Below the pieces are notes generated by a model. That model saw only the letters and a program-made list of their open reading frames with translations. It was not told where the DNA came from and did no database searches. A stretch of DNA of 64,000 nucleotides from Eledone cirrhosa (taxonomy: Eukaryota): the NCBI GenBank assembly GCA_964016885.1, contig OZ024741.1, positions 240,126,001 through 240,190,000 on the forward strand. The letters run 5' to 3'. Position 1 is the stretch's first letter; every line of letters starts with the position of its first letter. A program made the position numbers and the translations under genes. Positions 10,426-24,689 of the stretch are shown here, piece after piece.

Positions 10426-12015
10426 ATTGTTGTAGTTGCGTTGGTAGTGATTGGTTAAAGATGTTCAGTTTTGTCGAAGATTGAACCTGAAATTGGAATA
10501 TTTACAGGACAATGAATAATGTTTAAAATGCATCTGCATAAATGACTAGTATAGTGTAAAGGGGAACCTCTTACTTCTGCCAGACAGTGTCTCAGATAAC
10601 ATTTCAGTTACAACACAATCAAAGATATTCCTCTGAAAAACTAGGTATGAAAGAGGAGCTACTAGGCTATGTATAAAAGTGCCTATCATAGTACTTAGTG
10701 CCATAGAGACATCAACAATATCTGACTGTCCACAAGAACTATTATTGAGGCAACACTTTATATATCCACAGGTCTTCACTATTTTCTAGCCATAATATTA
10801 GAGGGGATACTAAGCTATCACTCTATAAAACAGTGTACCATACCAGGCAATTCTCATATCTAGTAGTCTATATTGCTGCTATGAACCCCTAGATAGCTAC
10901 CCTTCCCTTTTTTGATCAAGCCTAACATGTTAATGTATGAACAATAAGAATAGTAACTAAAACCGTGACAAGGCACACTTTAACCCTAACTGATGCAAAG
11001 AGGAAGAGGCTCTTTAGCACAATCACAGACAAACCCGGACACATTTTTCACACCTAGTTATATGGAAAAGAAAGGATCAGTCAACAAACACAGTACAAGG
11101 AGGAATGGAATCTCTTTTGTCTTTCTGAGGATCAAGGCAACCTCATTGGTGCCAATGAATGAACAAAGACAAAATAAGGTAAAGATGATGTCTAAGCCTT
11201 AAAAGAGATGAGACAAAACAATAACAAAATGCAGCCAGCAAACTCTAGCATGTGAGGTAGTAGTAAGAGTATCCAGCTAAAGAAAGCATAAAAAAATGGA
11301 ATGGATGAACAAGTCATAGCCCCCTCTTCCCCTGTCTAGGTAGTTAGTACGTCAGAATTAACTCAGACCATGACAAGCGCTGTCTAATGGCAGTGCAGAA
11401 ACCAGATGTAAAATGAAGATGATTAAAATAGAGATTAATTTAACATATCAGCTGACTTATTATTAGGAGTAACTACTTTAGTTGAAGATATGAAAAAAAA
11501 AAATTACAGTACGTTTTATACATGCAAGTTACGTCCCTTAGACCAATATACAAATATTGATAGGAATAAGGTTTAGTTTAACAGCAGTTATTCACATCTG
11601 TGCACCAAAGAATACTCATTACATTCTACACCAAGAATTCTTCTCTATAAGCCTGACTTTTTCTTTTCACATATATTACACAAAGTATCTTTATGTGTGT
11701 GTGTAGGTAGAGAGAGAGAGAGAGGGAGAAAGATAATATGGAGTAAAAGAGGTGGCACAGAGGAAGAATAGTCATTGAGGAGGTAAAAATAAAAGGTTGA
11801 TGAAAGAACTTTGAAAATTAAATGACAATTAAATAACTACCCGGTTACTAAACTAATCAAGGAATGGATTAGTTAGTAAACTAATAATAAAACTGAAGGG
11901 AAACTCAACTGGTGCAAGCATTTTTATAGGCAACATGGCTCCCCAAATTATAACAATGTGTGTGTGTGTTTGTATATACACACAAACACAGAGGTCATCA
12001 TCATCATTATTATTA

Positions 12016-12170
12016 TAGGGTCGGACGCCATGCTTTCTAGCATAGTTACGTCCCGAGTTCAAATCCCACCGAGGTTAACTTTGTCTTTCATCCTTACGGG
12101 GTCGATAAAATAAAGTACCAGTAATGCACTGGGTAATTGCTGGCCTTGTGCCAAAAGTAGAAACAATTAT
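12016..12170 (+). mobile_element. tRNA-derived SINE, 5'-truncated
   Basis: B box gagttcaaatcc plus ctttcatcc...ggggtcgataaaataaagtaccag and agtagaaacaatt tail shared with 24433-24614. Confidence 0.85.
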
Positions 12171-12569
12171 TATTTAACATCTCAGGCTGTCATGTTCTGA
12201 GGCTAGATGGGTCAGGTAACCATGTCCTGCTGATACATTCCGTTTATACCTTTGTTTCTATGGTTGGATACTCTTTCCAATGCCAACCACTTAACAGCAT
12301 AAACTGGAGTATTTTTCATGGTACCAGCACTACTACTTTACAGAGTGGACTGGGTGCTTTTTGTTGTGGCACCAACACTACCACTTCACAGTGTGTGTTT
12401 GTGTGTGTGACTTCAAGAATCCCATACTAAACATAAAACATAGACAATCATCATTTTAGTAATTCAATGATACTACCAATCAAATAGGTTCCTATAATTC
12501 TGAGATTGAAGATTACCTCTTTATTTTGAAGTTGTTTGACTCAAGTTTGGAAAGATAAATCAATAAAGA

Positions 12570-13060
12570 TATGATTAGCACCAAATTTATGTTAGGTATT
12601 AACAGCCCCAGATCTAATTAAAATATGATTAGCCCCAAATCTAATGAAGATGTAACTAGCACAAAATTTAATTAAGATATGACTAGTTTCCAGATATAAT
12701 CAAGGTATGAACAGCACCAGGTGTAATGAAGAAATGATTAGTGCCAGATCTAATGAAGGTATGACCAGACCAGACCAGATCCAAACATAATTAAGATATT
12801 ACCAGCGCCTTGTCTAATTAAGGTATGAGTAAGACTAAGTCTAATTAAAAAATGACTAGCACCAGATCTTATGGAGATATGATTGGTATTAGGTCTAATG
12901 AAGATATGACTAGCACCACGTCTAATGAAGTTATGACTAACACCAGGTCTAACAAAAATATGATAAGCACCATGTTTAATGATGATATGACTAGTATCAG
13001 GCCTAAATTAAAGATATCACTAGCATCAAGTCTAAGTCGGAATCATTTTAAGAATAATAA
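12570..13060. repeat. Degenerate 27-bp minisatellite in gene B intron 1
   Basis: Consensus close to gatatgactagcaccaggtctaatgaa; paralogous array at 28710-29030. Confidence 0.85.
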
Positions 13061-14243
13061 CAAAAGTTAAGTCTTTAGGAAAGACAATCAATAAATAAAT
13101 TGTTGAATCCAATCTAGTTTAAGGTAGTTTAAGGTATGTTTACAATGGCTATTCATTATGAGTGATTATATCATTGTTTCTGAAATGTAGGATTGTAAAT
13201 TACTGAGGAATCTAGGATTAGAAGAATGGTGAAAGAATAAGTTGCATGAGATTGCTAAAATGAAGTCTGAAATATTTGTGAATGTGACAGAGATACAGAC
13301 CAGAATGAAAATTCTGATGACTACAAATTCTTGAAAAGAGTTTATGTGACTAATACAAAAACGTATATAAACATAATAAAACACAGATTACTATTTTGAG
13401 ATAATGATGAATTCTTTTATTTTAATCAGTAAATTTAAATTATACATAAAATACAATCCTACTAAAAATTATGTAATATATTAGCTTTAAAAATGTTATT
13501 AAAATCTACAAACAAAAATTCCCTAACTAAATATAGGAAAATAAAGTGTAAAATAGGATAGAAAATTTACACTGAATTTATAAAATTAAATCATAAAAGC
13601 AGCAAGAAGGAAGATATACAAAATAAATTACATTTTATTTGGATTTAATTACAACTTTGACATATAAGTAAACATATATAATATAAATGATAGTGTCTAT
13701 ATTTTATCAACACCAAGTGGGGCTGGTACTTCTATTGCCTTCTACAACATGCCACAAATTTTCTATTCAGTAAATATCAACATGTCTGCCATTATCCTCA
13801 ACCAAAATCTGTAACCCACCATTACTACTTAGAGTCTATAAACTATAACCAGATTTTAACAAATAGAATATTTCGTCTATACTAAACATTTGAATAAATC
13901 TTTCATATATTACATTACATTTAACAAAACAAAATCAAAACAAATAAGAAACATGAGTATTATATATTGTATACATTGCTTTCTATTGTTACTGATAAAT
14001 ATATATAACAAATATTACAGACACACACAAAATTGTTTTGATAGAATAAAATCTAAATATTAAACATTTTAACCAACATCAGCTACTTAATTCTGATATA
14101 AAACAATATGGACAACATTACGGAAAAATGTGTGAATTATTGTTCAATCTCTTTGTTCTCATGTTAATATTAAATATGTTAGAAACTTATCTTATAGATT
14201 TACTGAGATTTAGTATATAAAATAAGATTAAATAGAAACTTAC

Positions 14244-14684
14244 CTCTTTAATAATTATATCATTGGTTATTCAGTGAGAATAGAAAGATGTATTGTTGTA
14301 GAAAGCTCCATTGTAAGTGCTGCTGTAATGGTGTGTGACAATGGCTGTATGTTGATGGAGTAGTGTAGCACGTCAGGCAGATAGTCTGCTGCTAGGATAG
14401 GGTTGTGTGTGTTATTGAAGTTGTATGTTCGTGGCAGTACATCTCTCTAATAATATTGTGGATGTATTTATCCATAATTATGATGTTTGTTTACTGTTAT
14501 CAATAACTATTTACATATTTATATAGATATATATTTAAATAGCTACAATATTCTATAGTTAAACATAACATAAATGTTTGGTTAAATAACATCAGTAATG
14601 TGAATGTTTCTCTTTGTTAGTGATTTCTGTCTATGTTTTGGTGAGAATCTGATTGGTTGAATGACCTAAACAGAAGACCAATGA
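14244..14684 (-). promoter_or_regulatory. Conserved promoter / non-coding exon 1 cassette of gene B
   Basis: Donor at 14244; ATTGG 14652 and CCAAT 14678. Confidence 0.75.
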
Positions 14685-15247
14685 CACTGTTCTCTTTAAT
14701 ATTGATTTGTGTTGATGATGCAGAAAGTCCTATATTTCAAGTGAACAGGGAAAACAATGTGGTGAACATCATACATTCCTCAAAACCAGTAATATCATTA
14801 ACATGTTACAATAATTTTCTATATTATTATATTTACAATAATTTTCTATATTATTATTCCTAAAATATCAAGAAATTTATTCTCATTAATATAAACCATT
14901 TTACATTCACCTTAATTAAAATTACATAAATCCTTTAAACAGGGTTCACAATACAAAATGTCCCCAAATATTATGAAATCATAACAGTGGATTGTGTGTT
15001 ATATAGGGTAATAATTAATTTATTGTAATATATATATACAATGATTTTTCAGGAGAAACTTAACTAATCTTAACAGATCTATAGTCGCTTATAGTAAACT
15101 TTTCCCATTTATAAGACGTTTGATTAATATATGTTGCCACAGAGTATAGTTAACATTCAATGTATATCTTTCTGTGTGTATTCATATGTACAGCAAATAT
15201 TTCATATTTACATGGACAATGGTAGTTATGTCACTTCAATAATGTCA

Positions 15248-15324
15248 TTATACATGTTTCACTGGTGTTTCTTCACTGGAAGCTTTTGATGTAGATGTAT
15301 CATTATTTTTATATATATTTTGAT
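15248..15324 (-). CDS. Pcdh: Protocadherin C last coding exon
   Basis: ttccag acceptor; ...SKASSEETPVKHV*. Confidence 0.85.
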
Positions 15325-15752
15325 CTGGAATTTAGGAAAAAAATGACATTTTACAAAATTAGAGGAGGGAACATTTCCTTTATAAATAATGTTCAAAGAC
15401 AGGAAAGGCATAATGATTAAATACTCAAAGTAGTGGATGAAAAAATAAAAAAACTAAATTTCTATACACAAATAGTATTATATAGTAAAATATCATTAGA
15501 AAAAGAAAAGTACTTCTACATTCAAGATGTGATTAAAGACTTTTGTGGGCATCCTTTTGGTATTAAATTATGTAATGAAAAGAGAGAAAAAAGATATTTT
15601 TATAAAATGTACATATTGTAGGATGTGAAGGATCAGATGAGTAAAAATAAAACAAAATGAATTCTTATTTAATGACAGATGTGTTAAATATAGTTGTTAA
15701 AAATTCAATGTTGATGATATTGAAATATAATATAACCAATATAGTTATTAAC

Positions 15753-15918
15753 CTGATATTCCTGGTATTTCTTCATAATGTTTCATATCACCTTCATTCA
15801 ATACACGTCTACTACTTCTCTTAGATGACATTGTATCTGATGTATAGTTACAAACTATAGGAGGATTATCTTCCACAGCATCATCACTTGATGTCACCAC
15901 AACAGGTTGACAATATTT
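15753..15918 (-). CDS. Pcdh: Protocadherin C cytoplasmic exon 3
   Basis: 166 nt, AG/GT bounded, paralogous to 7701-7866. Confidence 0.88.
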
Positions 15919-16101
15919 CTGTTGACAAACAAACCAAGAGAAATGTGAGGAGACATCAAACAATCATAGTTACAATAAACATGTAGTTTACAATTTAATA
16001 TTGGACTATATTATTGAAGATAAAACATTGTTAAAATAATCTTATTGTTTATCTTTTACATATAAAGTGAAGATAGAAAATATTTTAATCTTTTCACTTA
16101 C

Positions 16102-18477
16102 TGGGGTAGGTTTTGGTAAAGTTCTTGACTGAACTGAAGCTTCATATTTATTCTGTAGCTGACCTTCTGAATAACATTCACTCTTTGATCTCTCAGAATA
16201 TATATTTCTTTTTATCATCTCTTCTGTATTCCTTGACATAGCAACAGGATTGTTAGACTGATACAACAATTGTTTCATCTCTGTTCTACCTTGGTATGCT
16301 GTAGTCTTTGTTGTAGTAGCTGTGTTATCTCTGTGTTTAATACATTTCATTATACACAGTGTTATAGAAACAACAATAGCCACTGATACTATTACTGCTG
16401 ATGATACAATGATAATAACCCATGTCATATGGACTCTACCTGAAGATTGTAAAGGTACACTTTTCAACATTGGTGATGTCTCATTACTAACAGCCAATAC
16501 CAAAGTCACACTAGTTGTTGATGACTGAACTGGACTACCACTGTCTTTTACAACAAATTTTAGTTCATAACTTCCAGCATCATTTAGATAAACTTGTCTG
16601 GAGAATGATAAAGCACCACTGTGTGAGTTCATAGTAAACAACTGTTTATTATTTCCTTGTATGATTTCATATGTGAGGAAAGCATTGTTTCCACTGTCAC
16701 CATCAGATGCTCTCAAAACTGTGATGTCACTTTTACTCTGGGGATGGTAGTGGACATTTAGGGTGTAAGGGTTAACACTAGGAAAGGTGAAATAGGGAAC
16801 ATTGTCATTTTGATCTAAAATCTCAACAACAACATTAGCTGTGTCATTTAGAGATGGACTTCCATTATCTTTGACAAAAACTTCAAATTTATACACATCT
16901 TGTTTCTCTCTGTCTAATGACATGGTGGCTGAAATAAAGCCATAACTTGTGATCAGAAATGGTAGATTTGATTTTTCTTTATGTATCAGAGAATATGTGA
17001 GTTGTCCAGCAGATCCAAGGTCAGGGTCAGTGGCATTGACAAAACCAATAGGGAAGTCTTTATCTTTGTTTTCATAGGTCAGGAATTGGAATGTATCTTT
17101 GGTAAACTGTGGTTGTACATCATTGATATCAGTCACTTGGATAGAGAGAGTTTTAACACTTTTAAGAGGTGGTAATCCTTTATCTTGACATGAGACAGGA
17201 ATGTTATAGTGTCCTTGTGTTTCTCTGTCTACTGGTTTATTTAGAACTATTTTATATTCTTTAGATCCCATTGACTGTAGTTTGAATGTATCATGTTTGA
17301 TATCACAGCTGATCTCTCCATTTTGTCCAACATCATTGTCAGTGACCATCACATAAGCAATGAAACTACCAACTTTGATCTTCTCAGAAATGGTAGCTGT
17401 GTGGTCATTGATAGCAGAAACATAATCTATATCAATAGATGGAGGGTTGTTGGGTTGATTGACAATATTTATCAAAACTGTTGCTATGGAACTAAAGGGA
17501 GGGTTGCCTCCATCTCTAGCCTCGATAAACAGTTCATAGGTTTTCTTTTTTCCTAAACTTGAATATTTATTTAAGAAAATATTTCCACTGGTTTCATTTA
17601 ATTGGAAATAGCGTTTTGCAAGATCTGATGTCTTTGGACTGAAATGGAAAGTAATTTTACCATTTTCACCAAAATCAGCATCTGTTACAGATAAAATAAT
17701 GATAGGTTTAGATTTGTGATGTGTACTTTGTATGGATATATTGAATAGAGGTTTAGAAAATACTGGTGGGTTGTCATTCACATCTATTATAGAGATATTT
17801 ATATTTAAAATACCTTCTTTTGCTGGTGAACCTCCATCTTTAGCTATGACCTGGAGTAAATATGTATCTTTGATTTCTCTGTCTAATGATTCTTTCAAAA
17901 TTATGTTAAGAGAAGAAATACCATCTGCTCTTTTAGCAACTGACAGTAAGAATGGTTCTCCATTCTTGGATTTTAATTTATATTGTATTAATGAGTTCTG
18001 AAAACCTACATCTTTGTCTATGGCATTTGGTACTGATTGTTTGGCACCTTTACCAATATTTTCATATAATTGTATGTTGACATTCTTTGTAGGAAACTCA
18101 GGTTGATGGTCATTGATGTCTTCTATTACTATTTTGATTTTTAATATCTTTGTAACACTTATTCCTTTATTGACAACAACTTTCACTGTTCTAGAACATT
18201 CTTTGTTGAATGTACAGAGCTTCTCTGCATCCAGTGTCTGAGCAGTGTACAGTTTACCTGTTTTGGTGATATTAAATAACTGTGCCACCTTTCGTTTAAA
18301 TTGACTGAATGTTATCAATTGTTGGTCAGATGGTTGAACATTGTCTAAAAGTTTAGAATCAGCAGCAATGTCTGCTACATATGTTCCTGGACTTCTCTCT
18401 TCTTCCACATGGTAGGTAAGGTCTATGGTTAGAACACAGTGGACCATTGATATTACAATAGACAATAGGAGTAACAT
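16102..18477 (-). CDS. Pcdh: Protocadherin C large exon
   Basis: Intact ORF with 6 cadherin repeats and TM; donor at 16102; acceptor at 18535. Confidence 0.97.
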
Positions 18478-18634
18478 ATTGTTGTTGTTGTGTTGGTACT
18501 GGGTTAAAGATGTCCAGATATGTTGAAGATTGAACCTGAAATAGAAGTTTAAATTACAAAATTGTCACTAAAACATTTGAAAAACATAAAGCTATTATTT
18601 TACAACAGAACTTTTATAGATCAAAATACAATTT

Positions 18635-19020
18635 AATAAACCGTAAGTTTACAATGAAATTGAGCAAGTTATAAAATTTGAAATTTGTGTCTTTTTTTTC
18701 TTGTAAAGCCACGACAATTCATTTATTTATAAAATCGTCAAATGGAACTGGAAAAAGTTGGACAGAGATGCTTGCAGGAATCAAACCATATATCTTCTGT
18801 ATGCTGGATGGTTGTGACAGCCAATAGACTAAAGTGTCTTGGTCAATCTTTCACCGTCGTCAACTGTATCTAATATTTCCTGTTTTCAAGATGAATTAAT
18901 CTGACCTATTTGACCATTTAATAATAAATAAATGAACAGTAGCAGCTTTTTTCAACAAAAAACAAGTACATTTCAAATTTTCACACCTGCTTAATTTCTT
19001 TGTAAACTTCACAGTTTAAT
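18635..19020. mobile_element. MITE-like element with about 75-bp imperfect terminal inverted repeats
   Basis: taaaccgtaagtttacaatgaaattgagcaag... mirrors ...ctgcttaatttctttgtaaacttcacagttta. Confidence 0.6.
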
Positions 19021-20876
19021 TTACATTTCAAATCTACTGCTAGTGAAATATTGACCATGGTGTTTTAGTGTTATAGCAATTGCAGACTGTAGTTTCTCTA
19101 CTTTTTCCACCTATAAAAGTAATTTACCCAACTTATTTGATTATTTTATAGTTAATATATGAATTATGCTAGCTTTTCACAACAAAAGAAAATAAATTTT
19201 AGATATACAAGTTAACAGCTGATGTCTTATCATATCTACAGAATTGATTTTAAAAAAAAAAAAAACTACTAGGTAGTTTGTGAAATTTTGTTTTATTTGC
19301 CAAACTGGTATTAGTGACTATATTGAAATATTTTCATAAATATTTAAAAAATTATTCATCCCTTCTCAAAAATGGTACACCTAACAATATGTAAAGTATT
19401 TCTAAATTTCTACATCAGATTAGAGAATTGAGAGTTTATTTCATTATTTTAATATCAATGTTGAATTTCAATCTATTATCTTGATGCAATTTACTAACAG
19501 ATATCAGATGTAACTAATCACGTATCTAACAAAGTGAATACTCTACCAAAGAGATACTCTACCAGGTCAGTCTCTAAGTATATATAATCCAATATAGAAA
19601 CACACAGAAGTGGGTTCAGTAGTAGAGACTACACTGACTCAGACAACAGTTTACTTATCACATGCCTAACATTTTAAAGATGATTTTAATATAATCATGT
19701 ATGTTGACTCCAACTTTACAAACTCATATATCTTTCCATATTAACTCATCAGCAATGTTTTTTTGCTGAGCCAAATTTATTGCAGACCCTCTCTTCTCTT
19801 TCAGATATTAAAGATCTCATATTGACAGTTGCATACTTTGATATCAGCAAAACTTTCAACTGTTTTGCAAAGGAACTAATAGGAAACATTGACGTCTAAA
19901 CCCATGCTAGCGTGGAAGATAGACATTAAACGATGATGATGATGATATCTCAAGTGTGTCAATGAGACAACAAAGGAGGCACTATGTGTTTGTTGAACCT
20001 GCTAAAAATAGCAGTCAAATTTCCTTTATATTAAACACTGTTGTGTATTTTAGAAGCAATATAAATTCGTTACATTTTAAGTATGGTATATAAATTGAAA
20101 TCTAGCCATATGTATTAATGAGTTACGTCCCTTAGAAGAACACCCTACATCACTTATGAGAAAAGTGGGTAAGCTAAAAGAGTTAACCTTTGAGCTGATT
20201 ATCTGGTTCCCTCTAGACCCAGCCTTTTATTTTGTTTATTTCCTTATCCTCACTATACTACTTTCTTAGTAATATACAGATTATTTCTTTCCAAAACCAA
20301 CTCTGCTTTATAAATGTCTACCTGTGTCTTTTGGTCTGCTAAAAAGTTCCAATTTTTCATACCAATTTCCACTCATGAAAATCAATAGAGCTTCAGAAAA
20401 TGACAAATTTAGTGCTCTCCTTGAGTAAACATCTTATTTTTGTGATGTTGTTTTGCATACTTATCATTTGTTTTACTTTACCCTTTCCAATAATCCTTCA
20501 TACTTTCTTTATTTCCTCATTCCATAGCCATTTTAATTCCTCAAGTTTCAAAAAAATTCTAAGGAACATTTGTTGAAAGTTCTTAAAAGCTGAATTTAAT
20601 GTAGAAGGAAAACTATTATACTTCCCTCTCAGTAAATCTAATAGGACAGTTCTATTTCTAGAAATGTCTATCCAATGGTAGCTTCTGTACCAATTAAGAC
20701 ACTTATGTTCTTGCTGATCTATTGAAGTTTAGTATCTAAACATATAATTTTGAAATTTAAATCTAGCTACCACTGATTGAGGTAAAGAATGCAAGTCATA
20801 TCTGTAAAACTTCTTTATTCTATACAAAAATTGAAGAACTATATTAGAGGACACGAGGAAACTTCATGTATTATGT

Positions 20877-21101
20877 TTAACCCATTACCATTTACATTAC
20901 TCTATATTTACTATTGTATTTTTGTGGTAAAGGCTTTATCTTACATAATTATCTCACATATTGAATCTATGAGATTTTAATGCTATTTATTTTGAGACCA
21001 AAACCGTAACGTCTGTATGAGCGGCGAGTTATGGCCGGTTTGAACTGAAAGAGGTGAGAGATCTCTGGCCGGATACGGCTGGTTTAAATGCTAAAGGGTT
21101 A
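20877..21101 (+). mobile_element. piggyBac-like MITE
   Basis: TTAA-CCC...aaatgctaaaGGG-TTA termini; second copy inverted at 21824-22023. Confidence 0.7.
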
Positions 21102-21823
21102 TGTCATTGCATCTGTGGCATAAAAAAATTTGTCCAATTGGATAGGAGATGGTAAGAGTATGTGTGTGAAAGAAAGAAGAGAACAGTGGTGGAGGAAAGG
21201 AAATGGTATGAGTGTAAGAAAAAGAGAAGAAAGCGATGATGGTCGAAAGGAGATGGTAAGAGTGTGTGTCCAAAAAAAGAGAAGAGCAGTGGTGGCAGTA
21301 GCAAACCAGAAATTTTTAATTTTTTAAACTCATGCCTCTATGGAAAGATGGTGGTCAGAGTGTTAGAGAGAGAGACAGAAAGAGAATAAAAACAATTACA
21401 TTAATACTTTGTGGTTGTTTCTTATTAACATGTAGACCTTCCATTGGGCCAGCTTCTATTAATTTAAAGCTGTTGCATCTATCGCATTAAAAGTCTGTCG
21501 TGCAGGAAAGGGGGTGGTAAGAGTGTGTGTGAAAGAGAAAGAGGTGACATTGGAAAGGGGCTAGTAGGAGTGTGGCAAGAGAGAATTACTTAATACTTGG
21601 TAGTTGCCAACTAAACCGGAAAATTTCCATGGTGCTAGCTATCATATTTTTTAAGTGTTATCAAGTCACCCTATGTGAAACATTTATAACATCAGTTATT
21701 TAGTAGGACTGCACTGTGTATTTAATATAGGAACCTCTCAAATTAGCTGGATGGGAAAGTAATAAGTGGAAAGATGGTGTTTTAAAGTGTTGATAAGAAA
21801 CAGAAATAAATGTCATATTTAGG

Positions 21824-22023
21824 TTAATCCCTTTAGCATTGAAATTCTCTTACCTCTTCCTGTCCAAACTGGCCATTCATACTGATGTTAAGATATTGTT
21901 CTCAAAATAAATAATATCAAGATCTCATAGATTTGATATTATGTGAGATAATTATGTAAGATAAAGCCTTTACTGAGAAAATACAATAGTAAATATAGAG
22001 CAATGCAAATGCTAAAGGGTTAA
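21824..22023 (-). mobile_element. piggyBac-like MITE, inverted copy
   Basis: TIR ccctttagcatt...aatgctaaaggg between two TTAA; empty site (atttagcttaaagtggtgg) visible in gene A intron near 5600. Confidence 0.75.
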
Positions 22024-23050
22024 AGTAGTGGACAAAGAAGCAGGCAGGTTTTGAAGAACAGACATCAGTAATAGTTGCAGTTAATATAAATTTATCAAAA
22101 ATATAGATACAGAATATCACAAAATATAGAGAGTTAAAGAGGTAGACAATTAGTTCACATTTTAACTTTTACATATCATATTGATTTAAAATTAATTAAA
22201 TAAGGCAGTTAAAAAATATTGATTTAAAATTAATTAAATAAGGCAGTCAAAAAAGTAGTAAAAGTATATAAATAATGGAAATCAAAGAAAAATTGTCAAT
22301 GAAATATTGATGAAAATAGTATGAAATATGGTTGAAATAATAGAGTGAACTTATAGAAAAATTTATAGAAAGAAATGAAGTAGGAAGATGTTGAAAAAGT
22401 TTATATTTCACTATGACTAACACAAATTAACTTTAGAAACAAATATACAGAATTTAAAACGTTTATAATTTAACATGTGTTTAACAGTGCTAGCCTTTAT
22501 AATGTCTTCTACAACATGCCATCATGTTTCTCTTCACTTACTGACAGCTGTAAATCCTAATATGTCTGCCATTATCCCTAACCAAAATCTATAACACACC
22601 ACTATCTCATTGCTAACAATGTACATGCTATAATCACATTATAATACATTGTAAAATATCTATTTCATATGAAACATCTTTAAAAAATCTTTCAGTTATT
22701 CTCTATATAAAAACACAAGCTTACATCTTACAAACAAAAACAAACATACATTACAACACTCACTATATAGACTGTTTTCTATGGTTAGTGTTCAGTATAC
22801 GTAATAAATATTATATACACACAGATCATACGGTTTCTTTGAAATAAAGTCTAAATATTAAAGATGTTCACTAATATTATCCAATTGTGATATAAAACAA
22901 TACAGACAACATTACTGAAAAACGTCTGAATTATAGTTCAATATCTTTGTTCTCATGGAATTATTAAATATGTTAGAACAATATCTTACAGATTTACTGA
23001 GATTTAGTATATAAAATGAGATTATAAAATGAGATTAAACAGAAACTTAC

Positions 23051-23487
23051 CTCTTTAATAATTATATCATTGGTTATTCAGTGAGAACAGAAAGATGTAT
23101 TGTTGTAGAAAGCTCCATTGTAAGTGCGGCTGTAATGGTGTGTGACAATGGCTGTATGTTGATGGAGTAGTGTAGCACGTCAGGCAGATAGTCTGCTGCT
23201 AGGATAGGGTTGTGTGTGTTATTGGAGTTGTATGATTGTGACAGTACATTTCTCTAATAATATTGTGTATGTATTTATCCTTAACTATGATGCTTGTTTA
23301 CTGTTATCAATAACTATTTACATATATATAGCTATATATATTTAAATAGCTACAATATTCTATAGTTAAACATAACATGTTTGGTTTAATAACATCAGTA
23401 ATGAGAATGTTTCTCTTTGTTAGTGATTTCCGTCTATGTTTTAGTGAGAATCTGATTGGTTGAATGACCTAAACAGAAGACCAATGA
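23051..23487 (-). promoter_or_regulatory. Conserved promoter / non-coding exon 1 cassette of gene C
   Basis: Donor at 23051; ATTGG 23455 and CCAAT 23481. Confidence 0.75.
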
Positions 23488-23858
23488 CAATGTTCTCTTT
23501 AATATTGATTTCTGTAGGTAAAGCAGACATCTCATTTATAGGAAAAGAGATGCTGTGATGGTCATGCCTTACCAAAATCTATATATACTGTTAATATGAA
23601 ATATTACGCTTCAGAACACAGTAAATAAATTTGTATAGATAGTTATAATTTATTTATGGAAATATATAAAATTATTTTTCAATTAAGGGAATCTTACCTA
23701 AAGTTAAATATATCAATAGATATTTAAAGAATTCACTATTTCAGTTGGAGTATAGTTAAAAACTAATGTGTATATTAGTATGTGTGTTTGATTTATAAGT
23801 ACAGTCGATATTATATATTCATATAGAAAAATTGAGCTATGCCACATCAATAAGATAG

Positions 23859-23935
23859 TTACACATGTTTCACTGGTGTTTCTTCACTGGAATCCTTTGA
23901 TGTAGATGTATCATTATTTTTGTATATATTTTGAT
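23859..23935 (-). CDS. Pcdh: Protocadherin D last coding exon
   Basis: AG acceptor, ...EETPVKHV* with TAA at 23859. Confidence 0.85.
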
Positions 23936-24160
23936 CTGGAATTTAAACACAAAACTCATTTTACATCATTATGGACCATTCTGTTATTTAGTAAACAATA
24001 TGAAAAGAAAGAAAAAAGATATAATTCTGAGTTTGTTATCAGAAAGAGAAACATTCCTATTTAATGGGTGAATTGTTAATAAATATCTATAAACAGTTGT
24101 TAATAACTGAATAAATGTGAGATGATATCAAAATATAATATAAGCAAAGTAGATGTTAAC

Positions 24161-24326
24161 CTGATATTCCTGGTATTTCTTCATAATGTTTCATATCACC
24201 TTCATTCAATACACGTCTACTACTTCTCTTAGATGACATTGTATCTGATGTATAGTTACAAACTATAGGAGGATTATCTTCCACAGCATCATCACTTGAT
24301 GTCACCACAACAGGTTGACAATATTT
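24161..24326 (-). CDS. Pcdh: Protocadherin D cytoplasmic exon 3
   Basis: 166 nt, AG/GT bounded. Confidence 0.88.
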
Positions 24327-24432
24327 CTGTTGACAAACAAACCAAGAGAAATGTGAGGAGATATCAAACAATCCTAGTTACAATAAACATGTAGTTTACA
24401 ATTAAATATTAGACTATATTATTGAAGATAAA

Positions 24433-24614
24433 GGGCGGTGAATTGGCAGTATCGGTAGAGTCTCGGACATGCTTTCCAGCATAGTTACGTCCCTTTATGA
24501 TCTGAGTTCAAATCCCGCCGAGGTTAACTTTGCCTTTCATCCATACGGGGTCGATAAAATAAAGTACCAGTAATGTACTGGGTATTTGCTGGCCTTGTGC
24601 CAAAAGTAGAAACA
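24433..24614 (+). mobile_element. Full-length tRNA-derived SINE with 15-bp target-site duplication, in gene D intron 2
   Basis: A box tggcagtatcgg, B box gagttcaaatccc; TSD attattgaagataaa at 24418-24432 and 24615-24629; absent from the paralogous introns. Confidence 0.92.
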
Positions 24615-24689
24615 ATTATTGAAGATAAAACATTGTATATCTTTTACATATAAAGTGAAGAAAGAAAATATTTTAATCTTTTCACTTAC

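Noticed and set aside
24433-24520. tRNA gene
   Set aside because: A and B boxes belong to a multi-copy SINE head with TSD; no convincing cloverleaf.
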